IMG/VR virus record: IMGVR_UViG_3300033407_000046
Span: 1 to 42,636 of that record
Strand: one strand, 5' to 3'
Length of the DNA stretch: 42,636 bases
From: a virus
Taxonomy: Duplodnaviria > Caudoviricetes
The notes under the pieces: generated by a model
The model's database searches: none
The model's input: the letters and a program-made list of their open reading frames with translations, nothing else
What the model was told of the DNA's origin: nothing
Shown here: positions 7,202 through 17,017 of the stretch, in pieces
How the letters are laid out: every line of letters begins with the position of its first letter
Position numbering within the stretch: position 1 is the stretch's first letter
Translations under genes and position numbers: made by a program

Positions 7202-9322
7202 ATGCCCATAAAAAACCGCCGTCCTTATGACGGTATCCGCGCTTCGAACGAACTGCCCCGAGACCTTACCACCCGCAGCCTGAGCCTGCGCCTCGACACC
7301 GGCGGGGTGCCGATCACCATCGACGAAAAAGCCCGCTCCGTCGAAGTGATCTGTTCCACCGAAAACCCCGTCGAGATTTTCGACTGGGAAAGATGGGAGA
7401 TCATCCCCGAGATCCTGCTGATGAGCGGCTGCCAAATACCAGAATCCCGCCAGATACCGCTGCTGGATACCCACTATCGGGGCGGGGTCTCAAGCGTTTA
7501 TGGCTCGTGCCGGGATCTGCGCACCGAAGGAAACCAGCTCCTCGGCCGCGCCATTTACAGCCAAGACGAAGACGCCGAAAAAGCCTGGCGTAAAACCCGC
7601 GAAGGGCACCTCACCGATTACAGTATCGGCTACAGGGTCATCGAATCTTACTACGTCCCCGAAGGGGAAAAACAGGTGATTGCCGGTCGCACCTTCGAAG
7701 GACCGGTAAAAGTTGCCACCTCCTGGAGAGTCCGTGAGCTCTCCACCTGCCCGATCGGGGCCGACGAAATGGCCAAAGCCCGGGCGGCCACGTCCGATTC
7801 AGAACATAACCCCGCAAGCAAGGAGCACAACGCCATGAACGAAAGACTCCGCAAGTTTCTGGAGAGCCGTGGCCTGGCCAAGACCGCCACGGAAGAGGAA
7901 GCCTGGCGCTTTCTCGCCACCCTCGAAATCCGCACCGAAGGCAAGCTGCCCGAAGGTCTCACCGAAGCCGACCTGGTACGTTCCGCACCGGCTCAGCCCG
8001 GCACCCCGGCCACCACCGGCCTCACCGCCGCCGATGTCCAGCGTCAGGCCCAGGAGATCGCCCGCACCGAGATCAGCCGCCGTGAAGAGATTCGCGCCAT
8101 GTGCGATTTTTACGGCTTTACCGAGCAGGCCCGCGAGCTCATCGACGGCAATAAAACCATCGAGCAGGCCCGCGCCGCCATCATGGCCAAACACATGGAA
8201 GCCACGCCCACTGCCGGCGGGGTCGGTTTCCGCGCCCAGTTGGTCGTTGACGAGCGCGACAAGTTCCGCGCCGCCGCCCAGGACGGCCTGCTGCTCCGGG
8301 CACATCTCCACCAAACCCCCGACAAACCCGCCGCCGGAGCTCTCGACCTGCGGGGCTATTCCCTGGTCGAAGTAGCCCGCGAAAGCCTGCGCATGGCCGG
8401 CCAGCCCTTCGGCGGCGATCCCATGCAGATGCTCGGCCGGGCCATGACCACCAGCGACTTCCCCGTGCTGCTCGGCAACGTCGCCAACCTGTCCGTCATG
8501 GCCGGTTGGGACGCAGCGGAAGAATCCTGGGACCGTTGGGCCGACGGCACAGGTTCCGTCGCCAACTTCCAGCTGCACACCATGGCCCGTGCCGGGGAAA
8601 CCGACGACCTCGACGAGATCGGCGAAGACGGCGAATACAAGTACGGAAAACTTTCCGAACAGTCCGAGCAGTACAAAGTGGCCACCTTTGGCAAAATCTC
8701 CCGCATCACCCGCCAGATGCTCATCAACGACGCCCTCGGCGAAATCACCCAGGCTTTTGCCAACCGGGGCGAAGCCGCCGCTCGCAAAGTCGGCGATGTC
8801 GCCTACGCCGTCCTGATCGCCAACAGCGCCATGGGCGACAACGTTGCTCTGTTCCATAGCGACCACGGCAACCTCGGCACCGCCGGAGTGATTAGCGAAA
8901 TCACCGCCGCAGAAGGCATCAAGCTGATGGGCCTGCAAAAGGACATCGCCGGCAAACGCCGCCTCAACCTGTCGCCGCGCTTTTTCATCGGTCCCAAAAC
9001 CATCGAAGGGGCCGCAGAAATCTTCTTCAGCTCCAACCAGTTCGCCGGGGCCAGCACCGACACCACCCGTAGCAACCCCTATGCCGGTACCCGATTCGAA
9101 CGCGTTTACGACAGCCGCCTCGACGACGCCTCCACCACCGCCTTCTACTTCGCCGGGCCCAAAGGCAAAACCGTCAAGCTCTTTTTCCTCAACGGCAACC
9201 GCACCCCGTTCCTCGAAACCAAAGAGGGATGGACCATTGACGGCGTTGAATTCAAGACCCGGATCGATGTTGGCGCCAAAGCCATTGACTGGCGCGGCCT
9301 GGTCAAAAACGCCGGGCAGTAA
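7202..9322 (+). CDS. Prohead protease-major capsid fusion protein
   Basis: N-terminal PLLDTH, SIGYRV and ELSTCPIGAD (HK97-type protease). C-terminal TTSDFPVLL, ITRQMLINDAL, IDWRGLVKN (capsid). GGAGG RBS. Confidence 0.92.
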   Translation: MPIKNRRPYDGIRASNELPRDLTTRSLSLRLDTGGVPITIDEKARSVEVICSTENPVEIFDWERWEIIPEILLMSGCQIPESRQIPLLDTHYRGGVSSVYGSCRDLRTEGNQLLGRAIYSQDEDAEKAWRKTREGHLTDYSIGYRVIESYYVPEGEKQVIAGRTFEGPVKVATSWRVRELSTCPIGADEMAKARAATSDSEHNPASKEHNAMNERLRKFLESRGLAKTATEEEAWRFLATLEIRTEGKLPEGLTEADLVRSAPAQPGTPATTGLTAADVQRQAQEIARTEISRREEIRAMCDFYGFTEQARELIDGNKTIEQARAAIMAKHMEATPTAGGVGFRAQLVVDERDKFRAAAQDGLLLRAHLHQTPDKPAAGALDLRGYSLVEVARESLRMAGQPFGGDPMQMLGRAMTTSDFPVLLGNVANLSVMAGWDAAEESWDRWADGTGSVANFQLHTMARAGETDDLDEIGEDGEYKYGKLSEQSEQYKVATFGKISRITRQMLINDALGEITQAFANRGEAAARKVGDVAYAVLIANSAMGDNVALFHSDHGNLGTAGVISEITAAEGIKLMGLQKDIAGKRRLNLSPRFFIGPKTIEGAAEIFFSSNQFAGASTDTTRSNPYAGTRFERVYDSRLDDASTTAFYFAGPKGKTVKLFFLNGNRTPFLETKEGWTIDGVEFKTRIDVGAKAIDWRGLVKNAGQ

Positions 9323-9332
9323 ACCGATAAAC

Positions 9333-9365
9333 GCCGGGGCGGATTGATAGCCGCCCCGGCCCTTT
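9333..9365 (+). terminator. Hairpin terminator after the capsid gene
   Basis: GCCGGGGCGG-loop-CCGCCCCGGC followed by CTTT. Confidence 0.6.
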
Positions 9366-9394
9366 AAAAATCATCCTCCAAAAGGAGTTACGCC

Positions 9395-9772
9395 ATGCAA
9401 AACGAAATCCAGCCCGGCAACCGTATCACCTGGACCAACGGCACCGGTTCCGCCGTCGCCGCCGGCGCCGTCGTCGTTCTCGGCGCCCTGATCTGTATCG
9501 CCTGCGTCGATATCGCCAACGGTGCCACCGGCGAACTCGCCACCGAGGGCGTTTTCGAGTTGCCCAAGGTGGCCGACACCTCGGGACACGCCATCGCCCA
9601 GGGCGAAGCCGTCGTGTTTGATGTCAGCACCGGAAAAATCGATCTCGGCGCCGCCGTCGCAGCCTCCGGCGACATCGTCGGCGGCGGCATCGCCTGGGAA
9701 GCCGTCCTTACCGCCGCCACCACCGTCAAAGTCAAAATCAATGCCGGTCACGGTTCCGTCTCCGCCGGTTAA
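9395..9772 (+). CDS. DUF2190-like capsid cement/decoration protein
   Basis: Follows the capsid gene. GVFELPK, AIAQGEAV, TVKVKIN. Confidence 0.85.
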   Translation: MQNEIQPGNRITWTNGTGSAVAAGAVVVLGALICIACVDIANGATGELATEGVFELPKVADTSGHAIAQGEAVVFDVSTGKIDLGAAVAASGDIVGGGIAWEAVLTAATTVKVKINAGHGSVSAG

Positions 9773-9870
9773 CGATGACCTGGCCAGTCGACCTGACACC
9801 CCTTAACCCGCGCGGGGCCTTATCGGTCCCCATCTCCTCGCGAGAGGCCCCGCGCACCCAGGGAAACCCA

Positions 9871-10188
9871 ATGGCCGACCATTGCATGAACGAGGGACAA
9901 ATCAGCCTGCTCGGTCAGCGCTGGGCCGACCTCGACAAAAAAATGGACCGCATGGTATCGGCCCTCGAATCCCTAGCCGAACAGCGGATCGAGATCAAAC
10001 ACCTCGATGAAGACCAGAAAGACAGCCGCGCCTGGCTCAAGCATCTCGAACAGCGGACCCAAGCCCTCGAAAAAGCGCCAGGCTCCGCCGCCAGCAAATT
10101 TCTGTGGGTCATGGTCGGGGCCGCCATGACCGTTTTTGCCGGGGTATCCACCGGCATGATTATGTTTTGGTTCAAAGGGGGACCATGA
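9871..10188 (+). CDS. Coiled-coil protein with a C-terminal TM helix (holin/XhlA-like)
   Basis: Coiled coil plus hydrophobic C-terminus, overlapping the endolysin start. Confidence 0.6.
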   Translation: MADHCMNEGQISLLGQRWADLDKKMDRMVSALESLAEQRIEIKHLDEDQKDSRAWLKHLEQRTQALEKAPGSAASKFLWVMVGAAMTVFAGVSTGMIMFWFKGGP

Positions 10189-10757
10189 AACAAATTATCC
10201 TCATCGACCCGGGCCACGGCGGCAAAGACCCCGGAGCCGTCGCCAACGGGCTCCACGAAGCCGATATTAATCTGGCAGTGGCCGGATTCTTGGCCATTGC
10301 CCTGCGCGAAGCCGGCGCCGCGCCCCTGCTCACGCGATCGCGCGACACGATCATGACCCTTGGCCGGCGCGCCTCCATCGAACACGCCCTAAAGCCGGGG
10401 TTGTTCATTTCCTTGCATTGCAACGCCGCCACCAACCCCCAGGCCCATGGCATTGAGATTTACACCTCACCCGGGCAAACCAAAGCCGATGCCGCCGGCA
10501 CCGCCATCTTCGAAGCCATTCGGGAGGCATTTCCCCAGGCCAACTACCGCACCGATCCGAGCGATGGCGATCCGGACAAAGAAGAACGGTTTTTTGTGCT
10601 GACCATGACCCTCTGCCCGGCCGTCCTGCTGGAGATGGGTTTTTTGACCAACGCCGCCGAAGCCGATTGGCTGTCTCGCCGGGAAACACAGATGCAGATG
10701 GCTGCCGCCATCGCCAAGGGCATTTTGTCCTGGAAGGAGACCACCCCATGGATTTGA
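10185..10757 (+). CDS. Endolysin, N-acetylmuramoyl-L-alanine amidase (Amidase_3)
   Basis: IDPGHGGKDPGA, FISLHCNA, PAVLLEMGFLTN. Confidence 0.95.
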   Translation: MKQIILIDPGHGGKDPGAVANGLHEADINLAVAGFLAIALREAGAAPLLTRSRDTIMTLGRRASIEHALKPGLFISLHCNAATNPQAHGIEIYTSPGQTKADAAGTAIFEAIREAFPQANYRTDPSDGDPDKEERFFVLTMTLCPAVLLEMGFLTNAAEADWLSRRETQMQMAAAIAKGILSWKETTPWI

Positions 10758-11170
10758 TCGGCATCGGCACCGCGGCCGTTGGAGTTATCGGCAAAGTCAT
10801 CGACAAAGTATTCCCCGATCCGGTTCAGGCCGCCATAGCCAAGGCCGAGTTGGTGAAACTGCAGCAGGATGGTGAGCTCAAAGAGCTCGAAATCCGTATG
10901 TCGGCCATCATCGCCGAAGCGCAAAGCAAAGATCCATGGACCAGCCGGGCCCGCCCGTCCTTTTTATATGTGATGTATGCGCTGATCCTGGCCGCCATCC
11001 CCATGGGGGTATTGCACGCCTACAACCCGGAGCTGGCCGTTTCCATCGCCGCCGGTCTGAAGGCCTGGCTTGAAGCACTCCCCGAGGAACTGTGGTGGCT
11101 GTTCGGTGCCGGCTACCTCGGCTACACCGGGGCGCGCTCCATCGACAAGGCCAAGGGGGTTAAAAAATGA
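10748..11170 (+). CDS. 3TM holin family protein
   Basis: KVIDKVFPDP, WTSRARP, GYLGYTGARSIDK. Confidence 0.85.
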   Translation: MDLIGIGTAAVGVIGKVIDKVFPDPVQAAIAKAELVKLQQDGELKELEIRMSAIIAEAQSKDPWTSRARPSFLYVMYALILAAIPMGVLHAYNPELAVSIAAGLKAWLEALPEELWWLFGAGYLGYTGARSIDKAKGVKK

Positions 11171-11520
11171 GCTGGCACTCCTACCACAACGGCCAAAAAA
11201 TCCCCTATGCCCTGGGTGTGCTGATCGGGCTGGACCAGTTCGCCGGCAGCCTCGTACCCGGGGCCGACCTGGACCGGACCATCTCCCACCGCATCGGTGT
11301 CAAGCGCGCCAAGCTGGCGATCAAGAAAAGGCTCGTCGACCGGACGGATATCTATCATCCGGACGGGTCCATCATCCCCAGCACCCTGTACGACCGGCAC
11401 GTGAAAATCATCCTGAAGGAAACGCGCCTGTCCTTCTGGCGCCACCCCCTGGAAGCCTCGATCGATTGGTTTTTAGAGCGGATCGATTCCGGGCATTGCA
11501 TCCGCGCGATAGGGAGCTGA
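11167..11520 (+). CDS. Hypothetical phage protein
   Basis: LDQ...TISHRIG...GHC motif. Translationally coupled. Confidence 0.7.
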   Translation: MSWHSYHNGQKIPYALGVLIGLDQFAGSLVPGADLDRTISHRIGVKRAKLAIKKRLVDRTDIYHPDGSIIPSTLYDRHVKIILKETRLSFWRHPLEASIDWFLERIDSGHCIRAIGS

Positions 11521-11524
11521 CCCG

Positions 11525-11824
11525 ATGGCCATCGACACCACCGAAATCATGACCGCCGCCCTGGGCGACTGGGGAATCACCGTGGTTTTCACCGGGAAAC
11601 CGCCGATTGTCGGCCTGTTCGACCTGCCCGCGCCGTCACCCGGGCCCTATCTCGACGACCCCGGCGAGACCCCGCCACAGGTCACCGTGCGGCTCGCCGA
11701 TCTACAGGCCATCGGCCAGTGGCCGCTCACCGCCACCGAATTGACCTGCGAGGGCAGTACCTGGTCCATCGTCCGCCCCGATAAACGGGGGGGAGAAGTC
11801 ACCATCATCCTGAGGGAGCAATGA
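11525..11824 (+). CDS. Head-tail joining protein (gpFII-like)
   Basis: Size, position and beta-rich C-terminus. Confidence 0.6.
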   Translation: MAIDTTEIMTAALGDWGITVVFTGKPPIVGLFDLPAPSPGPYLDDPGETPPQVTVRLADLQAIGQWPLTATELTCEGSTWSIVRPDKRGGEVTIILREQ

Positions 11825-12309
11825 CCACCGCCGAAGTGTTGCAAGCCATCCAGCAGGCATTAGCCACCGATATCGAGTTTCTGACCTGGTGCCGCGCCAC
11901 CCTCGGCGCCATGCCCACCGTGCAGATCGATTTCGACGAGGAAAAAGAGTTAGAAGCCGACTGTTACCCCTTCATCGGTATCCTCGCCGTGGCGCATGAC
12001 GGGGCCATCAACAGCCCCCAGCAGAGTTGGAGCGTCACGATGCTGGCTGCCGTGCGCCGCGCCGAACTCACTGCCGCCACTGTCGCCACCGATCTGGGCG
12101 ACGATGACGTTGTCCTGGTGCGCACCCGCACCCACCCCGGCCGACTGCAGGCCGAAACCCTGCGCGAGCAGGCCATCGCCGCCCTTTATCGCGGCAAGCT
12201 CGGCAAGGTCGCCATCAACAGCGACAAGCTGGACCACAGCTACCACCCCAAGTTTTACAGCCCGTTCATCGCAACTATTACCCAGCAAAGGAGCCCCAAC
12301 CATGGCTGA
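11821..12309 (+). CDS. Putative tail completion/terminator protein
   Basis: Position before the tail tube gene. Confidence 0.55.
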   Translation: MTTAEVLQAIQQALATDIEFLTWCRATLGAMPTVQIDFDEEKELEADCYPFIGILAVAHDGAINSPQQSWSVTMLAAVRRAELTAATVATDLGDDDVVLVRTRTHPGRLQAETLREQAIAALYRGKLGKVAINSDKLDHSYHPKFYSPFIATITQQRSPNHG

Positions 12310-13060
12310 CAGTTTCCTCGGATCCGGCGATCTCTATTTCGATCGCCTCACCGCTGCCGGTGTCTCCCAAGGCGCCAAAATCGCCGGAGCATGCAGCAAG
12401 TTTTCCCTCAACCCCGAATCGGAGATCAAGGAGCAGACCGGCCGGGGCCGCGACAACTACGGCCAGGTCATCGCCGCGGCGACCCTGCCCGGCAAAACCA
12501 ACATTTCCATCACCCTCAACCAGCTCGACGCCGAAAACCTGGCCGTCGCCTTTTTGGGCGACGTAGTCGCCGGCCAGCAGGCCAGCGGATTGATTGATGT
12601 CGGAACCCCGGTGGAGCTCATCGCGATCCTCGACCGCTATATCGAGATCGGCAAGGAAGAGCTCAGCAGCGTGGTGGTCAAAGACGCCACCGATGTCACC
12701 ACCTACGTCCTCGGCACCGACTACGTGCTCCATGCCCGGCTGGGCATGATCAAGGTTCTGTCCACCGGCAGCATCACCGCCGGCGCCGAAATCCACGTTT
12801 CCGGAGCCTATGCCGAAGTCAATTATGAAAAGATCACCGGCGGCACCTCGCCGATCATCCGGGCCCGCCTGGTGCTCGACGGCAAAAACTACGTCAACGG
12901 CCGAAACTGCAAGGTGCTGGTCAAAAACGCCCGGCTCAAGCCTTCGACCGAAGTAGACTTCCTCTCCGAAGACTTCCTGCCCCTGGAGCTGGAAGGGGTT
13001 TGCGAGATTCCCGAGGGCGACACCACCCCCTTCGAGATTCTGTATTACGAAGCCGAATAA
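12302..13060 (+). CDS. Major tail (tube) protein
   Basis: SFLGSGDLYFDR...VDFLSEDF..LELEG. AAGGAG RBS and gene order. Confidence 0.85.
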   Translation: MADSFLGSGDLYFDRLTAAGVSQGAKIAGACSKFSLNPESEIKEQTGRGRDNYGQVIAAATLPGKTNISITLNQLDAENLAVAFLGDVVAGQQASGLIDVGTPVELIAILDRYIEIGKEELSSVVVKDATDVTTYVLGTDYVLHARLGMIKVLSTGSITAGAEIHVSGAYAEVNYEKITGGTSPIIRARLVLDGKNYVNGRNCKVLVKNARLKPSTEVDFLSEDFLPLELEGVCEIPEGDTTPFEILYYEAE

Positions 13061-13066
13061 CCCGCG

Positions 13067-13212
13067 CCGGGCGGCCATGGCCGCCCGGAATTTAATGTGG
13101 GCGCGGCGCTTGCTCCGCCCGGAATTCAATGTAGGGGCGGCGCTTGCTCCGCCCGGAATTCAATGTAGGGGCGGAAAGATCCGCCCTGGGGCGCGGCAAG
13201 CAGCGCCCCTAC
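13067..13212. repeat. GTAG-family REP/REPIN-like cluster with 34-bp periodicity
   Basis: GT(A/G)GG.GCGG..CCGCCC units at 13097, 13131 and 13165, an inverted unit at 13189-13212, and a perfect 22-bp palindrome at 13067-13088. Confidence 0.75.
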
Positions 13213-13227
13213 CAGCGAGGAACCCAG

Positions 13228-13539
13228 ATGAAAAAGAGCAAGATCATCCAATTCGACGGCCAGGAAGTCACCGTCAAGGAACTGACCGTCGAAGAAATTG
13301 CCGACTGCATGGACGCCGTCGCCTCCGGCCAGGTCGACACCCTCGACCTGCTGTTTGACGGCCGTCTGCCCAGCGAAGCCGTGGTGCGCTGCGCCGGTAT
13401 CGCCCGCGCCGATCTGTCCAAGCCCGCCCCGTCGGCGCTGGAGCCACTGTGGCAGGCGGTGGAAGAAACCAACCCTTTTTTTCTCAAGATGCTAAAGCGA
13501 ATGGTGGGTCAAAGTCCGGCACCGTCCGGCAAGATTTAG
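13228..13539 (+). CDS. Tail assembly chaperone
   Basis: VTVKELTVEEI...NPFF, between the tube and tape measure genes. Confidence 0.8.
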   Translation: MKKSKIIQFDGQEVTVKELTVEEIADCMDAVASGQVDTLDLLFDGRLPSEAVVRCAGIARADLSKPAPSALEPLWQAVEETNPFFLKMLKRMVGQSPAPSGKI

Positions 13540-13623
13540 AGCTCGCCTGCGCGGTACTGATGCAACACGGCTACTCACAGCCCTGGACCTGGGGCGGCAG
13601 CTTCTTCCTGAGGATAATCAAGC

Positions 13624-16600
13624 ATGTCGGCAAGTGAAAAACATCTAAAACTTGTCATCTCGGCCTACACCCAGGGCGCCGAAGACGGCCTGAAAAACAT
13701 CTCCGGCAGCTTTTCGCGCCTGCGCAGCGACCTGCCCGGCACCGCCAAGGCCCTGGAAGCCGCCGGCCGGGCCCTCGATGTGCGCACCATGCGCTCCGTC
13801 AACCAAGAAGTCGAAGCCCTGCGCAAAAACTACCGGCTGCTGCGCGACAACGGGGTGCTCGCCCAGAAGGAACTGGCCCAGGCCGCCGCCAACCTCAAGA
13901 CCAAAACCGCCGCCCTGCGGGCCGAATACGCCCAAGCCAACATTACCCAAAAGCAGGGCATCGCCGTCACCAGCAACCTCACCGGCCACGTCAAGCGCCT
14001 GGTGGCCGCCTATCTCGGCTACCGCGCCGTCACCGCCGTGATCGGCGGCATGGTCGGGGCCGCCCGTAACGCCGAGCAGGCCCAGTTTAACCTGGCCTCC
14101 TCGGTCGAAGCGGCCGGGCGCGAATTCTCCAACACCGGCAGCCTCGACCACTGGAAGGGCAAGGTTGGCGAGATGGCCGGCGCCCTCAAAGTCTATTCCG
14201 AAGCCGACGTGGCCAACGCCATCAGCCGCACGGTGGACATGACCAAACGCCTGGGCCTGTCCGCCGAGCAGATGGAAGTGCTGATCAAACGCTCCGCCGA
14301 CCTGGGCGCCGGAAAAACCGACCTCGAAGGCGCCATCGAGCGGACCACCGCCGCCCTGCGCGGAGAGGCCGAGTCCGCCGAGTTTCTCGGCCTGACCCTC
14401 AACGAGACCTATATCGCCGCCTGGCACGCCACCCACGAAGTCCACGGCAAGGCTTGGAAGGATCTGACCGATCTGGAAAAAGCCCAGGTCCGCTATCAGG
14501 TGCTGCTGGAGCAGAGCGACGGCATCCAGGGCAAGGCCGCTGGCAGCGCCGCCACCCTGGGCGGCGCTCTGCAAGAGATCAAGAGCCAGGTGTCTGATGC
14601 CGTGGCCAACAATAAGGATTTCGCCGGCGCCATGACCGCCCTGGCCGCCACCATCCGCGAGAACGCCGACGAGATCGGCGAGTGGGCCGCCGATTTGGCC
14701 ACCGCCATCGGGAGCGTGATCGAATTCGTCGTCGAAAACAAAACCCTGATTCTCACCCTGGTCGGCGCGGGCGGAACCCTTTACGCCGTCAACGCCGTTG
14801 CCAAAGGTATCAGCGGGCTGGCCGGCACCGTCGATGCCCTGCGCAAAGCCAAAATGGCGCAGATGGCCGTCGAAACCGCCGGCGGATTGGGGCAGATGGC
14901 CACCGGCGCCGCCGGGGCCAGCAGTTCCATGGGTGCACTGTCCGTCCTCATCAATCCCTACGCCGTCGCGCTGGTCGCCGCTACCGCCGCCACCGTCGGC
15001 ATCGCCATGGCCATCCGTGGCTGGCGAGATGCCGCCGTCGAAGCCGACCTGGCCCATTTTCGGCTAACGCTGAACATCGAGAGCAACCTGCAGCGTTTCG
15101 AGAAGTATAAGGGTTTTCGCCTGCCGGGCCTCGATGGAAAAACCGCCGAGGAGCTGCAGACCATCCAGGGGGAGCTGGCCAAGACCTACGGCTATTGGGC
15201 CACCATGGTCACCAATCTGCAGGTCAAAGCAGAAGAAACCGGGTGGTTCGGCCAGATGACCGCCGAAGCCAAAGCCGCCGCCGCGCAACTGCCCGAAGTC
15301 GAAGCCCGCTTGGCCCAGGTCAAGGCCGAACTCGGGCTGGTCGGTGCCGCCCTGACCGCCACAGGCGCCGCTGGCAGCCAATCGCTGTTGACCATGGAAC
15401 AGGCCCTGTACCAGGTCGAACAGGCCGCCCTGCGTTTCCAGGAAAAACAAGACCTGCTCACCGCCGCTATGACCCGCGCCCGGGACGAGCAGGGAATGCT
15501 TGAAGCCAAAGTCAAGGAACTGGCCGCCGCCTACTACGAAGCCGCCGTGGCCCTCAAGGCCACCCAGGAAGGCACCGAAGAGCACGCCAAGGCTCTGGCC
15601 ACCAAGCTCGACGCCGAATCGGCCTATGTGTCCGCCGTCAAGGCCCTGCATGATAAGCAGATGCAGGATACCCAGCAGGATTTCGCCGCCGATGAAAAAG
15701 AACTACGCCAGCACCTGGACCGCGAGTTGATCGAGCTCGAAGACCAGTTGAAACGCGAATGGATCACCCAGGCCAAATTCAACCACCGCAAGGCCGAAGC
15801 CGACCAGCAGCTAACCGAAGAGATCCTGGAGATGCGCCGCAAGGCCGCCGAGCAGTCCATGGAGCTTTACGGCGAGGAATCCCGCGAGTACCGCCAGGCC
15901 CGCATGGCCATGGTCGACGCCGAACTGGCCGTGCAACGCGCCGCCAGCGTTACCTCTGCCCGATGGAAGGAAGTGATGAGGGAAGCGATCGGCGGAAGCA
16001 AGGCCGCCGACCAGTTGGCCGAGTCCCTCGAAGCCGTCGGCGAAGCGGGAGAAAGAGGAGGCAACCGCGCCGCCGCCGGTATCCGTCAGGTGGCGCGGGC
16101 CGCCGAGGATGGAGCCAACTCCATCAAGCGTCTCAAAACCGCCATCACCGCCGATGAAGGCGGGGCAGGCGGAGGAGCAGCCGAAGGTGGCGCCGGCACC
16201 GCGGGAGTCGCCAACGAAGGCATCGCCGGATGGTTCGCCGGGGTCTGGAACAATATCAGCAAGATGGCCACCGACATGAAATCCCTCGACGAGATCCGCG
16301 CCTACCGGCAACAGAACTACAAAACGCTCAACAATTTTTCAGGCCTCCGCGATTCCCAGGGGTTTTTCATGGCACTCAACAAGCACGCCGACGACGCCCT
16401 GCGCCAGAGAAGTTCCGAGCTCATGGACCTGGCCCGCGGCCAGATGCACGCCGATACCGCCGCGATCCGTGAGGCAGCCGCGCAAGCCTCCGGACCCCTC
16501 GCCGCCGGTGCCAGGGGCGCCGCCCGCACCGTGGCCGTGCAGTTCAAGGCGCCCAACGGCCAGAGCGTTTCGGGCCAATTCGAAGAGGGCGAAGCCTCGC

Positions 16601-16644
16601 GTTTGCTCGATGTGCTGCGTCAGTCAGGAGCCGTCACCGCATGA
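13624..16644 (+). CDS. Tape measure protein
   Basis: 1006 aa, Ala-rich helical/coiled-coil, expected gene order. Confidence 0.93.
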   Translation: MSASEKHLKLVISAYTQGAEDGLKNISGSFSRLRSDLPGTAKALEAAGRALDVRTMRSVNQEVEALRKNYRLLRDNGVLAQKELAQAAANLKTKTAALRAEYAQANITQKQGIAVTSNLTGHVKRLVAAYLGYRAVTAVIGGMVGAARNAEQAQFNLASSVEAAGREFSNTGSLDHWKGKVGEMAGALKVYSEADVANAISRTVDMTKRLGLSAEQMEVLIKRSADLGAGKTDLEGAIERTTAALRGEAESAEFLGLTLNETYIAAWHATHEVHGKAWKDLTDLEKAQVRYQVLLEQSDGIQGKAAGSAATLGGALQEIKSQVSDAVANNKDFAGAMTALAATIRENADEIGEWAADLATAIGSVIEFVVENKTLILTLVGAGGTLYAVNAVAKGISGLAGTVDALRKAKMAQMAVETAGGLGQMATGAAGASSSMGALSVLINPYAVALVAATAATVGIAMAIRGWRDAAVEADLAHFRLTLNIESNLQRFEKYKGFRLPGLDGKTAEELQTIQGELAKTYGYWATMVTNLQVKAEETGWFGQMTAEAKAAAAQLPEVEARLAQVKAELGLVGAALTATGAAGSQSLLTMEQALYQVEQAALRFQEKQDLLTAAMTRARDEQGMLEAKVKELAAAYYEAAVALKATQEGTEEHAKALATKLDAESAYVSAVKALHDKQMQDTQQDFAADEKELRQHLDRELIELEDQLKREWITQAKFNHRKAEADQQLTEEILEMRRKAAEQSMELYGEESREYRQARMAMVDAELAVQRAASVTSARWKEVMREAIGGSKAADQLAESLEAVGEAGERGGNRAAAGIRQVARAAEDGANSIKRLKTAITADEGGAGGGAAEGGAGTAGVANEGIAGWFAGVWNNISKMATDMKSLDEIRAYRQQNYKTLNNFSGLRDSQGFFMALNKHADDALRQRSSELMDLARGQMHADTAAIREAAAQASGPLAAGARGAARTVAVQFKAPNGQSVSGQFEEGEASRLLDVLRQSGAVTA

Positions 16645-17015
16645 TCACCCTCGATGCCCTGAACCTGCCGGCCGACCTGATCTGGACCGACGAATACCGC
16701 TGGAGTCCGATCGCCCAGCAGGAGAACATCACCCTGTCCGGCGCCCTGGTGATCCAGACCATGGCCCAGCAGTCCGGCCGCCCCATCACCCTGACCGCCG
16801 GCGAGGGTTACGCCTGGACCAGCCGCAGCCTGCTCGACCAGGTGCGCGCCAAGGCCAATGACGGGGGCTTGGAGATGACCCTGACCCTCAACGACGGTGT
16901 GGCGCGCCAGGTGGTGTTCACCGGCGAGCGCTTCACCGCCGATTCCGTGTGGCCGGTATCCGACCCCGAAGCCACCCAGCCCTATGTGGTCACCCTCTAT
17001 TTCCGCGAGGTTTAA
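16641..17015 (+). CDS. Minor/distal tail protein
   Basis: LPADLIWTDEYRW...GRPITL, right after the tape measure gene. Confidence 0.8.
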   Translation: MITLDALNLPADLIWTDEYRWSPIAQQENITLSGALVIQTMAQQSGRPITLTAGEGYAWTSRSLLDQVRAKANDGGLEMTLTLNDGVARQVVFTGERFTADSVWPVSDPEATQPYVVTLYFREV

Positions 17016-17017
17016 CC

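Noticed and set aside
13081-13186. Mini-CRISPR in the 34-bp periodic repeat
   Set aside because: No unique spacers. The units are tandem REP-like palindromes
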